From the sequence record AB897757.1: DNA of 64,000 nt. One strand, given 5' to 3'. The position numbers were made by a program, and so were the translations under genes. Each line of letters starts with the position of its first letter. The first letter of the stretch is position 1. Under the pieces are notes generated by a model. The model had not been told where the DNA came from and did not search any database. It worked only from the letters and a program-made list of their open reading frames with translations. The stretch comes from Klebsiella phage K64-1. Positions 9,205-18,041 of the stretch are shown here, in pieces.

Positions 9205-9696
9205 ATGTATACTGTCATTTTTGTATCACAGCCATATAATAATGAAGATGATTATTCAAAAAGTACAGATGGTTCTATGACAATCAAGAATTCAAATTCC
9301 AAATTGGAAACAAATAAGATTATCAATGAATTGATCAATGATTATTATCATAAAGATAATAAAAACACAGCATTAAACCGTCTTGATTTTGGTGATTTTG
9401 GGCTTGTTGTATTACTGGATGGTTGTGTACTACAAGAATTTAACATGAATAATATTGATTACAGTGATTTAACATCACCAGTTAAAAGTACTGATTATTT
9501 TGACATTAAATCAATTGATAATAAAGTTTCAAAGAACATTAGTAATATTAACAAATTTGCTCATGATTTCAAACTTGAAGAAGTTAATGCCTTCAGAAAG
9601 TTGAAAACTATGTATCAGGAGATTGAAATGGAGAAACATGAACGTAGACAACTTAGTATTTTATTAGAAAAATATCCAGATATGGGTGGTAGATAA
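9205..9696 (+). CDS. hypothetical protein
   Basis: The ATG at 9205 (MYTVIFVSQ) sits 2 nt after the upstream stop, in the same frame as the track ORF 9157..9696. Confidence 0.45.
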   Translation: MYTVIFVSQPYNNEDDYSKSTDGSMTIKNSNSKLETNKIINELINDYYHKDNKNTALNRLDFGDFGLVVLLDGCVLQEFNMNNIDYSDLTSPVKSTDYFDIKSIDNKVSKNISNINKFAHDFKLEEVNAFRKLKTMYQEIEMEKHERRQLSILLEKYPDMGGR

Positions 9697-9795
9697 TGGC
9701 ATTGCGTTCAATAAAGAAATATAGTGCAACAACAAAAATAATCAAAAAAGATGGTTATGATTTAGTACTGAAACCTGAATATCAATATATTAAAA

Positions 9796-10023
9796 ATGCT
9801 ATCTTTGAAATGCCAATATGGTGCTAAAAGAAGAAAAATCATTCTTGATATGTTAAGAGAAGGTGTTGAATTTAAAGTTAATGGTATGCATGATATCCAA
9901 ACCAAAAATGATCCAGATATTAAACGATTGTTGAAGTACAAGAAAATAGAGATGTTTAATGTGAGAAGTGGTTCATGGTCAGATCGTAGTAAACATACAT
10001 ACTTGAGGATTAAAAATGGATGA
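9796..10023 (+). CDS. hypothetical small basic protein
   Basis: 75-aa ORF. Small unlisted ORFs (about 9696-9833 and about 10017-10187) flank it. Confidence 0.3.
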   Translation: MLSLKCQYGAKRRKIILDMLREGVEFKVNGMHDIQTKNDPDIKRLLKYKKIEMFNVRSGSWSDRSKHTYLRIKNG

Positions 10024-10197
10024 AACTGATTTAGAAATTTTATTGACAAATAATCTAAGTATAGAAATTGATACAGTAGATGATGATTACTACAATATGG
10101 ATGGTGATATTGTTAGAAGAAAACATATTACTGTTAGCATTTTATACAAAGGAAAGGTAATAAGCACAGATATTAGTACTGTATAAGGAAATACAAA

Positions 10198-10773
10198 ATG
10201 AGTTTGATTTATACTTTCGCGGTGATGGCCGCAGGGAAAAGTACACAATTATTACAAAATGCATATAATCACAGTAAAAATGGATTAAAAGTACTGTATT
10301 ATACAAGTTCACTGGATAACAGATATGGTGTGGGTAAAATAACATCCAGAATTGGTATTAATGCAAATGCTGAGGTGATTCCAAAAGATGATCTTTCAGT
10401 ACTGCAAAATATCATCGAACTGTTGAAGAAAGACGACTACGTTGCTATTTTTGTTGATGAGTGTCAATTTTTGAATTCAAAACAGGTTGACTTTTTGAGT
10501 GATATCGTTGATAATTACGAAATAGACATTTATTGCTACGGCATTAAAACTGACTTTGAAGGTAAGTTGTTTGAAGGTAGCAAACGATTAATAGAAATTG
10601 CTGATTCCGTTAAAGAACTGGAAAATTTATGTGAAAATCATAAATGTAAAAACTTAGCTATTATGAATGCTCGTATAGTCGATAGTACTGAACAAGTGCT
10701 GATCGGCGGTTCTGAAGCATACAAAAGTTTATGTAGAAAGTGTTATAAAAATCATATTTCTAAAAGAGGTTAA
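10198..10773 (+). CDS. tk: thymidine kinase
   Basis: P-loop FAVMAAGKST (deoxythymidine-kinase-type Walker A). C-terminal Cys cluster (C-x2-C ... C-x2-C zinc ribbon) and ~190-aa length, as in T4/E. coli Tdk. Confidence 0.88.
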   Translation: MSLIYTFAVMAAGKSTQLLQNAYNHSKNGLKVLYYTSSLDNRYGVGKITSRIGINANAEVIPKDDLSVLQNIIELLKKDDYVAIFVDECQFLNSKQVDFLSDIVDNYEIDIYCYGIKTDFEGKLFEGSKRLIEIADSVKELENLCENHKCKNLAIMNARIVDSTEQVLIGGSEAYKSLCRKCYKNHISKRG

Positions 10774-10777
10774 TGCA

Positions 10778-11005
10778 ATGAAAATCATTAAAAATATTTT
10801 CACTCGCGTTGGGGAAGGTATTGTTGAATCTTTTTCTTTTATGTTTGGCACAGCCTGTAATTTAATTGCAGTACTGTGGTTTTCTTTGGCTTTACATTTT
10901 GTTCCAGTGTGGTTTATTGCTACAGTTATAATTGTGATTCTGTTAGTGGTAATTTATTTTACATATAAAGATGAACTCGATTCAATTAAAGAATCCGATG
11001 ATTAA
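10778..11005 (+). CDS. small membrane protein (two predicted TM helices)
   Basis: 75-aa ORF with two hydrophobic segments (FGTACNLIAVLWFSLALHFV and WFIATVIIVILLVVIYF). Confidence 0.45.
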   Translation: MKIIKNIFTRVGEGIVESFSFMFGTACNLIAVLWFSLALHFVPVWFIATVIIVILLVVIYFTYKDELDSIKESDD

Positions 11006-11053
11006 TAACAAAAACTTCTCCTTTTGGGGAAGTTTTATTTTTAAGGTACTAAT

Positions 11054-11518
11054 ATGTTAATTGCTTATTTTGTATTAATGCTCTTTACTTTAGTTATTGT
11101 AGTACTGGATGGCTCTTATATTGGTTTATTCGGTAAAACTATCCAGAACTATCGTATCGCAGGAGCAGTAAATGATTCAGAATCAAGACGTGTATCATAT
11201 CTATGTGCGAGAGCATTAAATCATGAAATTGATGTTAAAATAATCGAAGATAAACATGAATCTTATCTGGTATTCAAAGATGAATTAGTATGTCTTGATA
11301 TTACAGACCGATTGAGATGGACGTTCGGTAATAGAATGAAGATGAACAGTGTAACACAGGAAACTTTTATTAAAAAATGTGATAACGGAAGCAATAATTT
11401 GTCTATTAGTACCAAAAAAGATATTGAAGAAGTTATTCAGTACTGTAAAAATAATAATCTAATTGATTCTTATAAGAGTTACGTGTCAATTAGTGATGAC
11501 CATTGGTGGTTTGAATGA
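11054..11518 (+). CDS. hypothetical protein with N-terminal TM segment
   Basis: 154-aa ORF with a hydrophobic N-terminus. Confidence 0.45.
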   Translation: MLIAYFVLMLFTLVIVVLDGSYIGLFGKTIQNYRIAGAVNDSESRRVSYLCARALNHEIDVKIIEDKHESYLVFKDELVCLDITDRLRWTFGNRMKMNSVTQETFIKKCDNGSNNLSISTKKDIEEVIQYCKNNNLIDSYKSYVSISDDHWWFE

Positions 11519-11931
11519 GAGTACGTAAACACAAATTAAAACACTATAACAAAATTATCAAAAAATATTATTTAATTGATGATGATTTTATACGTAAAAT
11601 GTATCGTTCACTACATACCAGAGTATACCCCGACTGTGTATTGAATGATAATAAAAAATACTACAATCCTGGTAAATCCAAGTACAAGAAAAAAGTAAAA
11701 AAAGAAAAATTTAAAACTAAGAATTCTTTTGAAAAATTTATTCCAATGAGTAAAATATATGCATGGATACCAATCACTTATTACAATCCAGTCAAAAGAA
11801 GTAGAGTAAAAGATATATCCAATGGTTATATAATGTGCAGCCGAGTTGACCTGAATGAAATTCTTGGTACTGAATACGATGAAATGGATTTCCAAAATAT
11901 GAATTTAATTTCATATTTTTCAGAGTGGTGA
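11515..11931 (+). CDS. hypothetical basic protein
   Basis: 138-aa ORF, Lys/Arg-rich, with a 4-nt overlap with the upstream gene. Confidence 0.4.
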   Translation: MRVRKHKLKHYNKIIKKYYLIDDDFIRKMYRSLHTRVYPDCVLNDNKKYYNPGKSKYKKKVKKEKFKTKNSFEKFIPMSKIYAWIPITYYNPVKRSRVKDISNGYIMCSRVDLNEILGTEYDEMDFQNMNLISYFSEW

Positions 11932-11969
11932 TTTAATTTTTTTGGATATTTTTTATTAGGTGTGATATA

Positions 11970-12311
11970 ATGTATACAAATAAAGCACAAGTTGACACAA
12001 TGTACTGGAATATTCATATTGCTGGGGATTTAGCAGCAGCGGAACGTTTTTGTACTGAATATGCATTTCAAAAAGGTTGGTGTACTCAGATTTATCCATG
12101 CAAGTACATTTATACTGGTGGTCAAGAGTCTGGTATCGTGGCTCGTATTATTTCTTATCCTCGTTTTGTGAAGAGTTTTGACATTCAGAACGATGAAGTT
12201 ATTGATTTTGCCAAGAAATTAGCAGAACGTCTTTGTCAGAAAAGTTTTACAATTGAAAATAAAGATACCAGTACTTATTACGAAAGTGATAATCCACTAC
12301 ATGGAAAATAA
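11970..12311 (+). CDS. hypothetical protein
   Basis: 113-aa ORF. Confidence 0.45.
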   Translation: MYTNKAQVDTMYWNIHIAGDLAAAERFCTEYAFQKGWCTQIYPCKYIYTGGQESGIVARIISYPRFVKSFDIQNDEVIDFAKKLAERLCQKSFTIENKDTSTYYESDNPLHGK

Positions 12312-12791
12312 ATGAAAGCTAAAATTACTTATACGTATGAATTTGATCCATCAGAATCTGAGTTTTGGTCACATGAAACTGAACAAGATATGCTTAATGT
12401 ATTAACTAGTAATGCTGAAGCTGGATTTCATAGAGTTCGTTTGAATCATGAATATCAACATAAAGTTTCTGATTTTAGTTATTCTATAAAACATGCTAAA
12501 AATACTTTTGATATAATTATTGAAAGTGAGTATCCGATTCATCGTTGTGAAGAATTTCTTGAAGATTTCAGTGATGATTGTTTTGAAGATCTTATGTCAC
12601 AATTTTCTGTGTATTATTCAAAACATAACGTTGAGATTAAAAATTGGATAGAAATACCTACTAAACCAGGAAAATGTTCTCACATTTATCAACACTTGCA
12701 ATTTATGGCAGTTGGTGATAAAATACAAGAATTGAAGAAATGTGAAAAGTGTGAAGAAGTCTTTACATTTGACGTTAAAAAAGGAAAATAG
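12312..12791 (+). CDS. hypothetical protein
   Basis: 159-aa ORF starting 1 nt after the upstream stop. C-terminal CxxC...CxxC pattern (CSH...CEKCEE). Confidence 0.45.
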   Translation: MKAKITYTYEFDPSESEFWSHETEQDMLNVLTSNAEAGFHRVRLNHEYQHKVSDFSYSIKHAKNTFDIIIESEYPIHRCEEFLEDFSDDCFEDLMSQFSVYYSKHNVEIKNWIEIPTKPGKCSHIYQHLQFMAVGDKIQELKKCEKCEEVFTFDVKKGK

Positions 12792-12928
12792 ATGAAAGGA
12801 TTACGAAATTTTACATATGCTACGTACATTGCAATACGTACTAGTTACGAAATGAACCCAGTACTGACTACTGCTCTTGGAACAGTTACGGTACTTTTTG
12901 TTTTGAGTATATTTGGAGTTATTTAATA

Positions 12929-13135
12929 ATGTCTGTGAAAATCAATGCTGATATTTACTGTAGTGGTGCACCGAACTATTTTATTTTTGCAGTAAGTACA
13001 TCTTATGATAGTAAAGGTGATTCTTATACTTTGATTAATAATACACATTGGGTACGTACAAGTAACCCCATTGATATTTCTGAATTATCAAACTATTATA
13101 GCATTGGAAAAGACAGCATTTTTGTAAACAATTGA
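12929..13135 (+). CDS. hypothetical protein
   Basis: 68-aa ORF. Confidence 0.35.
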   Translation: MSVKINADIYCSGAPNYFIFAVSTSYDSKGDSYTLINNTHWVRTSNPIDISELSNYYSIGKDSIFVNN

Positions 13136-13145
13136 GGAATATTAC

Positions 13146-13553
13146 GTGATTTCATTGGAAGGTACATTGCAATATGATCCGCCAAGGACTATTAAAATCA
13201 ATGAACCTTATTGGTTAGTACTAAACCTACCAGATGAAATTATTAAGTACTACCAATGGTTTGTTCGTAAAGAATTATTCATTGATATTAAAGATCCTCC
13301 ACACAGTGCTCATGTGAGCATAGTTCGTGGTGAAGTTCCTCCTAATATTGATATGTGGAAAAAATATGATGGGATGGAATTACATTTCGAATATTATCCA
13401 TATATTACAATTAAAAAGGATGAGAAAAATCCAGGAAATTTTTTCTTTATTAACTTTTATTCTGATGAAATATTGAGCATTAGGGAAGAACTGGGATTAT
13501 ATTCCAAATATTCCGAGTGGCATTTTACGATTGGTAGAACACACTACGACTAA
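13146..13553 (+). CDS. 2H phosphoesterase superfamily protein (LigT/CPDase/Acb1-like)
   Basis: Two H-x-[ST]-x motifs with the expected spacing, HVSIVRG and HFTIGRT, in a ~135-aa protein. The start is GTG (AGGAA Shine-Dalgarno). Confidence 0.55.
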   Translation: MISLEGTLQYDPPRTIKINEPYWLVLNLPDEIIKYYQWFVRKELFIDIKDPPHSAHVSIVRGEVPPNIDMWKKYDGMELHFEYYPYITIKKDEKNPGNFFFINFYSDEILSIREELGLYSKYSEWHFTIGRTHYD

Positions 13554-13610
13554 ATATAATTTGACATTAAATGAAATCAGTATTAAAATACTGAGATTGT
13601 TAAGTCCATA

Positions 13611-13653
13611 GTGGCTTGATGCGGAAAAGCCACTTTCTGTATCAAGCCTTTTA
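13611..13653 (+). terminator. rho-independent terminator with alternative hairpins
   Basis: GGCTTGAT...ATCAAGCC stem plus TTTT. An overlapping alternative stem is AGTGGCTT/AAGCCACT. Confidence 0.55.
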
Positions 13654-13680
13654 TTAAACAAAAAAGGAGAAATACAGAAC

Positions 13681-14583
13681 ATGGCGAAACATAACAGAAA
13701 AACCATCAAAAAGCTTATTCTTTTAAGTGGTTTAACTGTTCTTGCTGCCGCTACATTTGAATTTAACGCTTTTTCTAATAACGATCACTTATCATCGCAA
13801 AAGGTAAGTATACAGGAACCGCATATTCAGCAAATTCAAAAGCAAGTACTTAACATTACAGTACTTAACAGCGAGAATGAAAAATACACGGTACAGGCTG
13901 GTGATACATATAAAAGTATTTCCGTTAAATATAAGCCAAAAAACGTGAAACTATCCGAGTATATCACATTAATAAAAAATATTAATTTGAATTCTCCTAT
14001 TAGAACTTCTCAAGTTATCCTCTTACCTAATAAAGAGGATTTGCAGAGCATTATGACTGATGAGGTTATAAAATTCGATTATACAAACCCAAATTTTATT
14101 TCTCACTTAAAAGAACAAGAGGGATCAAAAAAATATCAAAGTACTACTAAACGTAGATTGTTAAATGGTACTTATGGTTATTCTTACAAAAACTCTAAGT
14201 TCTATCCATACAGAGATAGCTATGGTAATTACACCATAGGCTTCGGTCATTATATTTCTCGTAATGAATCAGTTGCAATGAAGTACAAAAATGGCATCAG
14301 TACTAAGGAAGCACATGATTTATTACTTGAAGATCTTAAAGTTACTGATTTACAATTAACCAAATTATTACAAGAAAAGAATGTTAAAAATTTGAGTCCA
14401 TACCAAGAGAGGGTATTATTTGAAATGACATTTATGTTAGGTTCAGATAAATTGTCAAAATTCCATACAATGTGGAGTGGTATTAAAACTGGAAATCATA
14501 AAAAGGTTAAACAGGCGATTGTCAATTCATTGTGGTATCGTCAGGTACCAAATCGTGCTGAATTGCTCGTAAACAATCTTTAA
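13681..14583 (+). CDS. endolysin: signal peptide + LysM + T4-lysozyme-like (GH24) muramidase
   Basis: N-terminal signal or anchor (KKLILLSGLTVLAAATF). LysM motif YTVQAGDTYKSIS. The GH24 core has YTIGFGH (compare T4 lysozyme YTIGIGH) and a C-terminal WYRQVPNRAE (compare T4 WYNQTPNRAK). Confidence 0.82.
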   Translation: MAKHNRKTIKKLILLSGLTVLAAATFEFNAFSNNDHLSSQKVSIQEPHIQQIQKQVLNITVLNSENEKYTVQAGDTYKSISVKYKPKNVKLSEYITLIKNINLNSPIRTSQVILLPNKEDLQSIMTDEVIKFDYTNPNFISHLKEQEGSKKYQSTTKRRLLNGTYGYSYKNSKFYPYRDSYGNYTIGFGHYISRNESVAMKYKNGISTKEAHDLLLEDLKVTDLQLTKLLQEKNVKNLSPYQERVLFEMTFMLGSDKLSKFHTMWSGIKTGNHKKVKQAIVNSLWYRQVPNRAELLVNNL

Positions 14584-14598
14584 AACATTTTTTTGGCA

Positions 14599-14628
14599 TT
14601 GACAACATTACAGATTGTGTGTTATAAT
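14599..14628 (+). promoter_or_regulatory. sigma70-like promoter (TTGACA-18-TATAAT)
   Basis: TTGACA at 14599-14604 and TATAAT at 14623-14628. A GGGAC...GTCCC plus T5 hairpin (14632-14653) follows directly. Confidence 0.4.
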
Positions 14629-14631
14629 AAA

Positions 14632-14653
14632 GGGACTTTAAGAGTCCCTTTTT
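14632..14653 (+). terminator. rho-independent terminator / 5' stem-loop
   Basis: GGGAC-tttaaga-GTCCC hairpin followed by TTTTT. Confidence 0.5.
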
Positions 14654-14668
14654 CTATTTGGAAAATGT

Positions 14669-15121
14669 ATGCAAGAAACAATCAAATCTATTTCATTAAA
14701 AAATGAATTACAATCTGTACTTGATATTAAAGATATTCATTACTATAGAAAAAGAGATAAAAATAATAAATTTAGTGCAGGATGGTTTAAAATAACAAAA
14801 AATACAAGTATTTGTCAGGCACGTTGTGGTGTGAATTATGCTTCGTATCTTTGTATTGAAGTACGTTATCCAAACAGAGATGAATTAAAATTTAAGTTAT
14901 ACAATGATGCAATTGTATTGGAAGTGAGAAACGGGTTTATTAATATTTTTACGTTTAAACATGTACAACATTGTAGATTTACACCTGATTTATCTTATGA
15001 TATGTACCATCAATATATGTTCATTGAAGACCATTGGAATTTATCATATGATGAGTATTCAGTACTGAACAAGATTTATAATAAATGTAAAGATCATTTA
15101 TTGAAAGAAGAAAAAAGATGA
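14669..15121 (+). CDS. hypothetical protein
   Basis: 150-aa ORF. Confidence 0.45.
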   Translation: MQETIKSISLKNELQSVLDIKDIHYYRKRDKNNKFSAGWFKITKNTSICQARCGVNYASYLCIEVRYPNRDELKFKLYNDAIVLEVRNGFINIFTFKHVQHCRFTPDLSYDMYHQYMFIEDHWNLSYDEYSVLNKIYNKCKDHLLKEEKR

Positions 15122-15132
15122 AGGGTTAAAAT

Positions 15133-16239
15133 ATGAAAAAATATCTGGTAGGTGGTTATTGTCGTGACCGTCTTATGGGGTTAAAACCAAAAGACAAAGA
15201 TTATGTTATTGTTGGTGCTAATGAATCAGATATAAAATATCTGGAAAGTGCTGGATACAAACAGGTTGGTGTTGATTTCCCTGTGTATTTGAGTCCAAAG
15301 GGTAATGAATTTGCATTAGCTCGTGTAGAAAGAAAAACAGGGAATGGTTATGGTGGTTTTACCGTTGAAACAAAAGGTGTCACTCTTGAAGAAGACTTAT
15401 CTCGTCGAGATTTGACAATTAATAGTATTGCATATGAACCACTAATGGGGATCCACATTGACCCGTTTAAAGGAAGAGATGATATTAAAAATAAAATCTT
15501 GCGTCATACAAGTTCAGCTTTTAGTGAAGATCCACTCCGTGTTCTAAGGCTTGCTCGTTTTGCTACACGTTTTCAGGATTTTACTATTCATTCTGATACT
15601 GAACAAATGGTAATTGATATGGTACAAAGTGGTGAAACTGATTACTTGGTACCTGACCGAGTTTATGTTGAATTTAAAAAAGCATTTTCAGAAGAAAAAC
15701 CAGGTCGATTTATTAAAGTATTAAATGATATTGGATATATTCCCAAAGTACTACCTAAGTTTAAATGTACTAAAAAGAACATCGAATTGATTGATTATAT
15801 TTCGATGAATTGTACTGAACAATGGAAAGATTATTTCATTTGGAGTGTATTACTACAGGATGAAATTACTAATATTGAATCTAAAATCCGTGTACCACAA
15901 AAATACATTAAATTTAGTTCTTTTGTAGACCGTATGAAGGAAAATATTAAAACGTTTCGTAAAAAATCAGTAGAGGAAATGTGTGATATTCTCTTTGATA
16001 TGAATATCAAAAATAACGGTGGTGAAGAGTTTTTATATAAAGTACTGGAGTATTTTATTCTACGAAAAGAAATTGATGTAGACTTAGAAGACTTGATTAT
16101 TAAAGTATATGACAGATATGATAGTACTGTCATTCCTGATATTCAGGAAATGGTAAAAACTGGGGAACTTGATCCAAAAGACATTCGTGATTTTGTTCAA
16201 AATACACGCTATCATGAAATTAAAAAAATGTTTATCTGA
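15133..16239 (+). CDS. cca: tRNA nucleotidyltransferase (CCA-adding enzyme / poly(A) polymerase family, class II)
   Basis: Head-domain signature GGYCRDRLMGLKPKDKDYVIVGA (class II NTase GGxVRD...DxD) followed by RRDLTINSIAY. Its ~370-aa length matches short CCA enzymes. Confidence 0.82.
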   Translation: MKKYLVGGYCRDRLMGLKPKDKDYVIVGANESDIKYLESAGYKQVGVDFPVYLSPKGNEFALARVERKTGNGYGGFTVETKGVTLEEDLSRRDLTINSIAYEPLMGIHIDPFKGRDDIKNKILRHTSSAFSEDPLRVLRLARFATRFQDFTIHSDTEQMVIDMVQSGETDYLVPDRVYVEFKKAFSEEKPGRFIKVLNDIGYIPKVLPKFKCTKKNIELIDYISMNCTEQWKDYFIWSVLLQDEITNIESKIRVPQKYIKFSSFVDRMKENIKTFRKKSVEEMCDILFDMNIKNNGGEEFLYKVLEYFILRKEIDVDLEDLIIKVYDRYDSTVIPDIQEMVKTGELDPKDIRDFVQNTRYHEIKKMFI

Positions 16240-16299
16240 ACGTAAGACCAAAAAAACGATATAATAAATACCACAACAGCAAGCAAAAAGGAACGTCTT

Positions 16300-16734
16300 A
16301 TGCTTTATAGTTGTGGTATTATATTTTACCAAAATGGACAAATATTATTGGGTCATTGTACTGGTCAAAAACATTGGGATTTACCAAAAGGTAAAGCTGA
16401 AAACAATGAATCATTTGTTGAAGCAGCCATAAGAGAATGCAAAGAAGAAACTGGATTTATTGTAAAAGAAAATGAATTAATTCTATTAGGAGAAGTATCC
16501 TACCGTAAAGGAAAAAGATTAGTATTATTTTTTTGTACGTCAAAAATTAAACCAAATCCAGATGAGCTTCGATGTAGTACTACATATGTTAACAAACATG
16601 GTAAGAGAAGACCTGATATAGATTCGTACAAATATGTAGATCTAAAAGATTGTCCAAAATATTTAACACAAAGAATGTCTAAAAGTATTTTAAAATGTAC
16701 AGAGATTTATAAGAAGAAAAGGGAATCGAAATGA
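16300..16734 (+). CDS. Nudix hydrolase
   Basis: Nudix box GKAENNESFVEAAIRECKEETGF matches G-x5-E-x7-REuxEExGu. Confidence 0.8.
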   Translation: MLYSCGIIFYQNGQILLGHCTGQKHWDLPKGKAENNESFVEAAIRECKEETGFIVKENELILLGEVSYRKGKRLVLFFCTSKIKPNPDELRCSTTYVNKHGKRRPDIDSYKYVDLKDCPKYLTQRMSKSILKCTEIYKKKRESK

Positions 16735-16979
16735 AAGTAACTATCTATGGTCGTAGTAGTGGTTGTAAGTGGTGCGATACCGCCAAAGCAGTATGTGAAA
16801 CCAATGGTTTTGATATGACATTTATTGATATCGATAGTGAAGGTATTGATGCCAATAAACTTGCTGAAATCTGTGGTGAACCAGTACGCTCAGTTCCACA
16901 AATTTTTGTGAATGGTGAATTCGTGAAAGGTGGTTGTACTGGTTTTGTTGAAGGTCTGAAAGAAGGTAAATTCATTTGA
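16731..16979 (+). CDS. nrdC: glutaredoxin (NrdC-like)
   Basis: Thioredoxin-fold CxxC active site (SGCKWCDTAK), VPQIFVNGEFVKGGCTG C-terminal motif, 82 aa. Confidence 0.8.
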   Translation: MKVTIYGRSSGCKWCDTAKAVCETNGFDMTFIDIDSEGIDANKLAEICGEPVRSVPQIFVNGEFVKGGCTGFVEGLKEGKFI

Positions 16980-17206
16980 ATATTGAAGAAATCTCTAAAC
17001 GTGCAAAAGAAGTTGCAGAACAATTAGGAACTGATTTCGTTATTCCAGATTATAATGCATCTAAAGAAAAAGCCGAACGTAATATTAAAATGCGTATGGA
17101 ATACTTGTCACGCAAAGAAGAATACGATAATGTAATTGAAATGATTTTTGAAAAATACAGTCCAGAAGTCATTAATTGTTTTATTAATGATATCAAGAAA
17201 TCCTAA
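16976..17206 (+). CDS. hypothetical protein
   Basis: 76-aa ORF with a 4-nt overlap. Confidence 0.4.
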   Translation: MNIEEISKRAKEVAEQLGTDFVIPDYNASKEKAERNIKMRMEYLSRKEEYDNVIEMIFEKYSPEVINCFINDIKKS

Positions 17207-17254
17207 ATAATATTGAAGGAACATGATTCCTTTGTACAATAAGAGGATATTACT

Positions 17255-17494
17255 ATGCTTAGTTTCCGTGAAAAATTAGCTAAAGGTATTTTTGAACACT
17301 CTACTCCTGCTACTTTTATTCCTAAAAAATCAAAATTCTTAGGAACAATTACAGAAGATGGTTATTGTGATTTTGAAGCACCAGAGAGTGATTGGTATCT
17401 TACTAAGGATTCAACACGAAGTAATAGACTTTATAAAAGTACACTAGCACGACAACATCGTAAAGAAGTGAAACGTATACGTTTCAAAGAATAA
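17255..17494 (+). CDS. hypothetical protein
   Basis: 79-aa ORF with an AAGAGGA Shine-Dalgarno, followed by a terminator. Confidence 0.45.
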   Translation: MLSFREKLAKGIFEHSTPATFIPKKSKFLGTITEDGYCDFEAPESDWYLTKDSTRSNRLYKSTLARQHRKEVKRIRFKE

Positions 17495-17502
17495 ATCAAA
17501 AA

Positions 17503-17535
17503 AGGACTTCAAATATTTGAAGTCCTTTTCTTTTC
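17503..17535 (+). terminator. rho-independent terminator
   Basis: GGACTTCAAATATTTGAAGTCC hairpin followed by TTTTCTTTT. Confidence 0.7.
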
Positions 17536-17545
17536 AGGAAAATAT

Positions 17546-18025
17546 ATGATTCAGATACACAATGGTAATCTGTTTGAAAAATACATCACACTAAACACCC
17601 CACCAGACGCTCTACACATCATTGTACACGGTTGTAACGCACAGGGTAAGATGGGATCAGGGTTTGCTAAAGAACTACGCACACGCTTTCCAGTGGCTTA
17701 TACGGAGTATTCAGAACACATATCAATGATTGGTACGGATAATGTATTAGGTACTGTATCATATGTTGCCATTGATGAAAAGTTGATTATTGCAAATGCC
17801 ATTACACAGCAGTACTATGGATATGATTCCAAAAAATATGTAAGTTATGATGCAGTTGACACTGCTTTTAAAAATTTGAATGCATTTTGTGATTGTGATA
17901 AAATAATACATGTGCATTTCCCTAAGATTGGAGCCGATTTAGGCGGAGGTAACTGGAACGTTATCAAGGAAATCATTGATGGTTCACTCATCAATGCACA
18001 CAAACATTTATATATTCTAAACTAA
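17546..18025 (+). CDS. macro domain protein (ADP-ribose / Appr-1''-p processing family)
   Basis: The motif HGCNAQGKMGSGFAKEL resembles the macro-domain diphosphate-binding loop (NAAN..L.GGGGV.GAI). It is ~160 aa and lies downstream of the Nudix and CCA genes. Confidence 0.6.
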   Translation: MIQIHNGNLFEKYITLNTPPDALHIIVHGCNAQGKMGSGFAKELRTRFPVAYTEYSEHISMIGTDNVLGTVSYVAIDEKLIIANAITQQYYGYDSKKYVSYDAVDTAFKNLNAFCDCDKIIHVHFPKIGADLGGGNWNVIKEIIDGSLINAHKHLYILN

Positions 18026-18041
18026 AAAAGGACTTGACACT

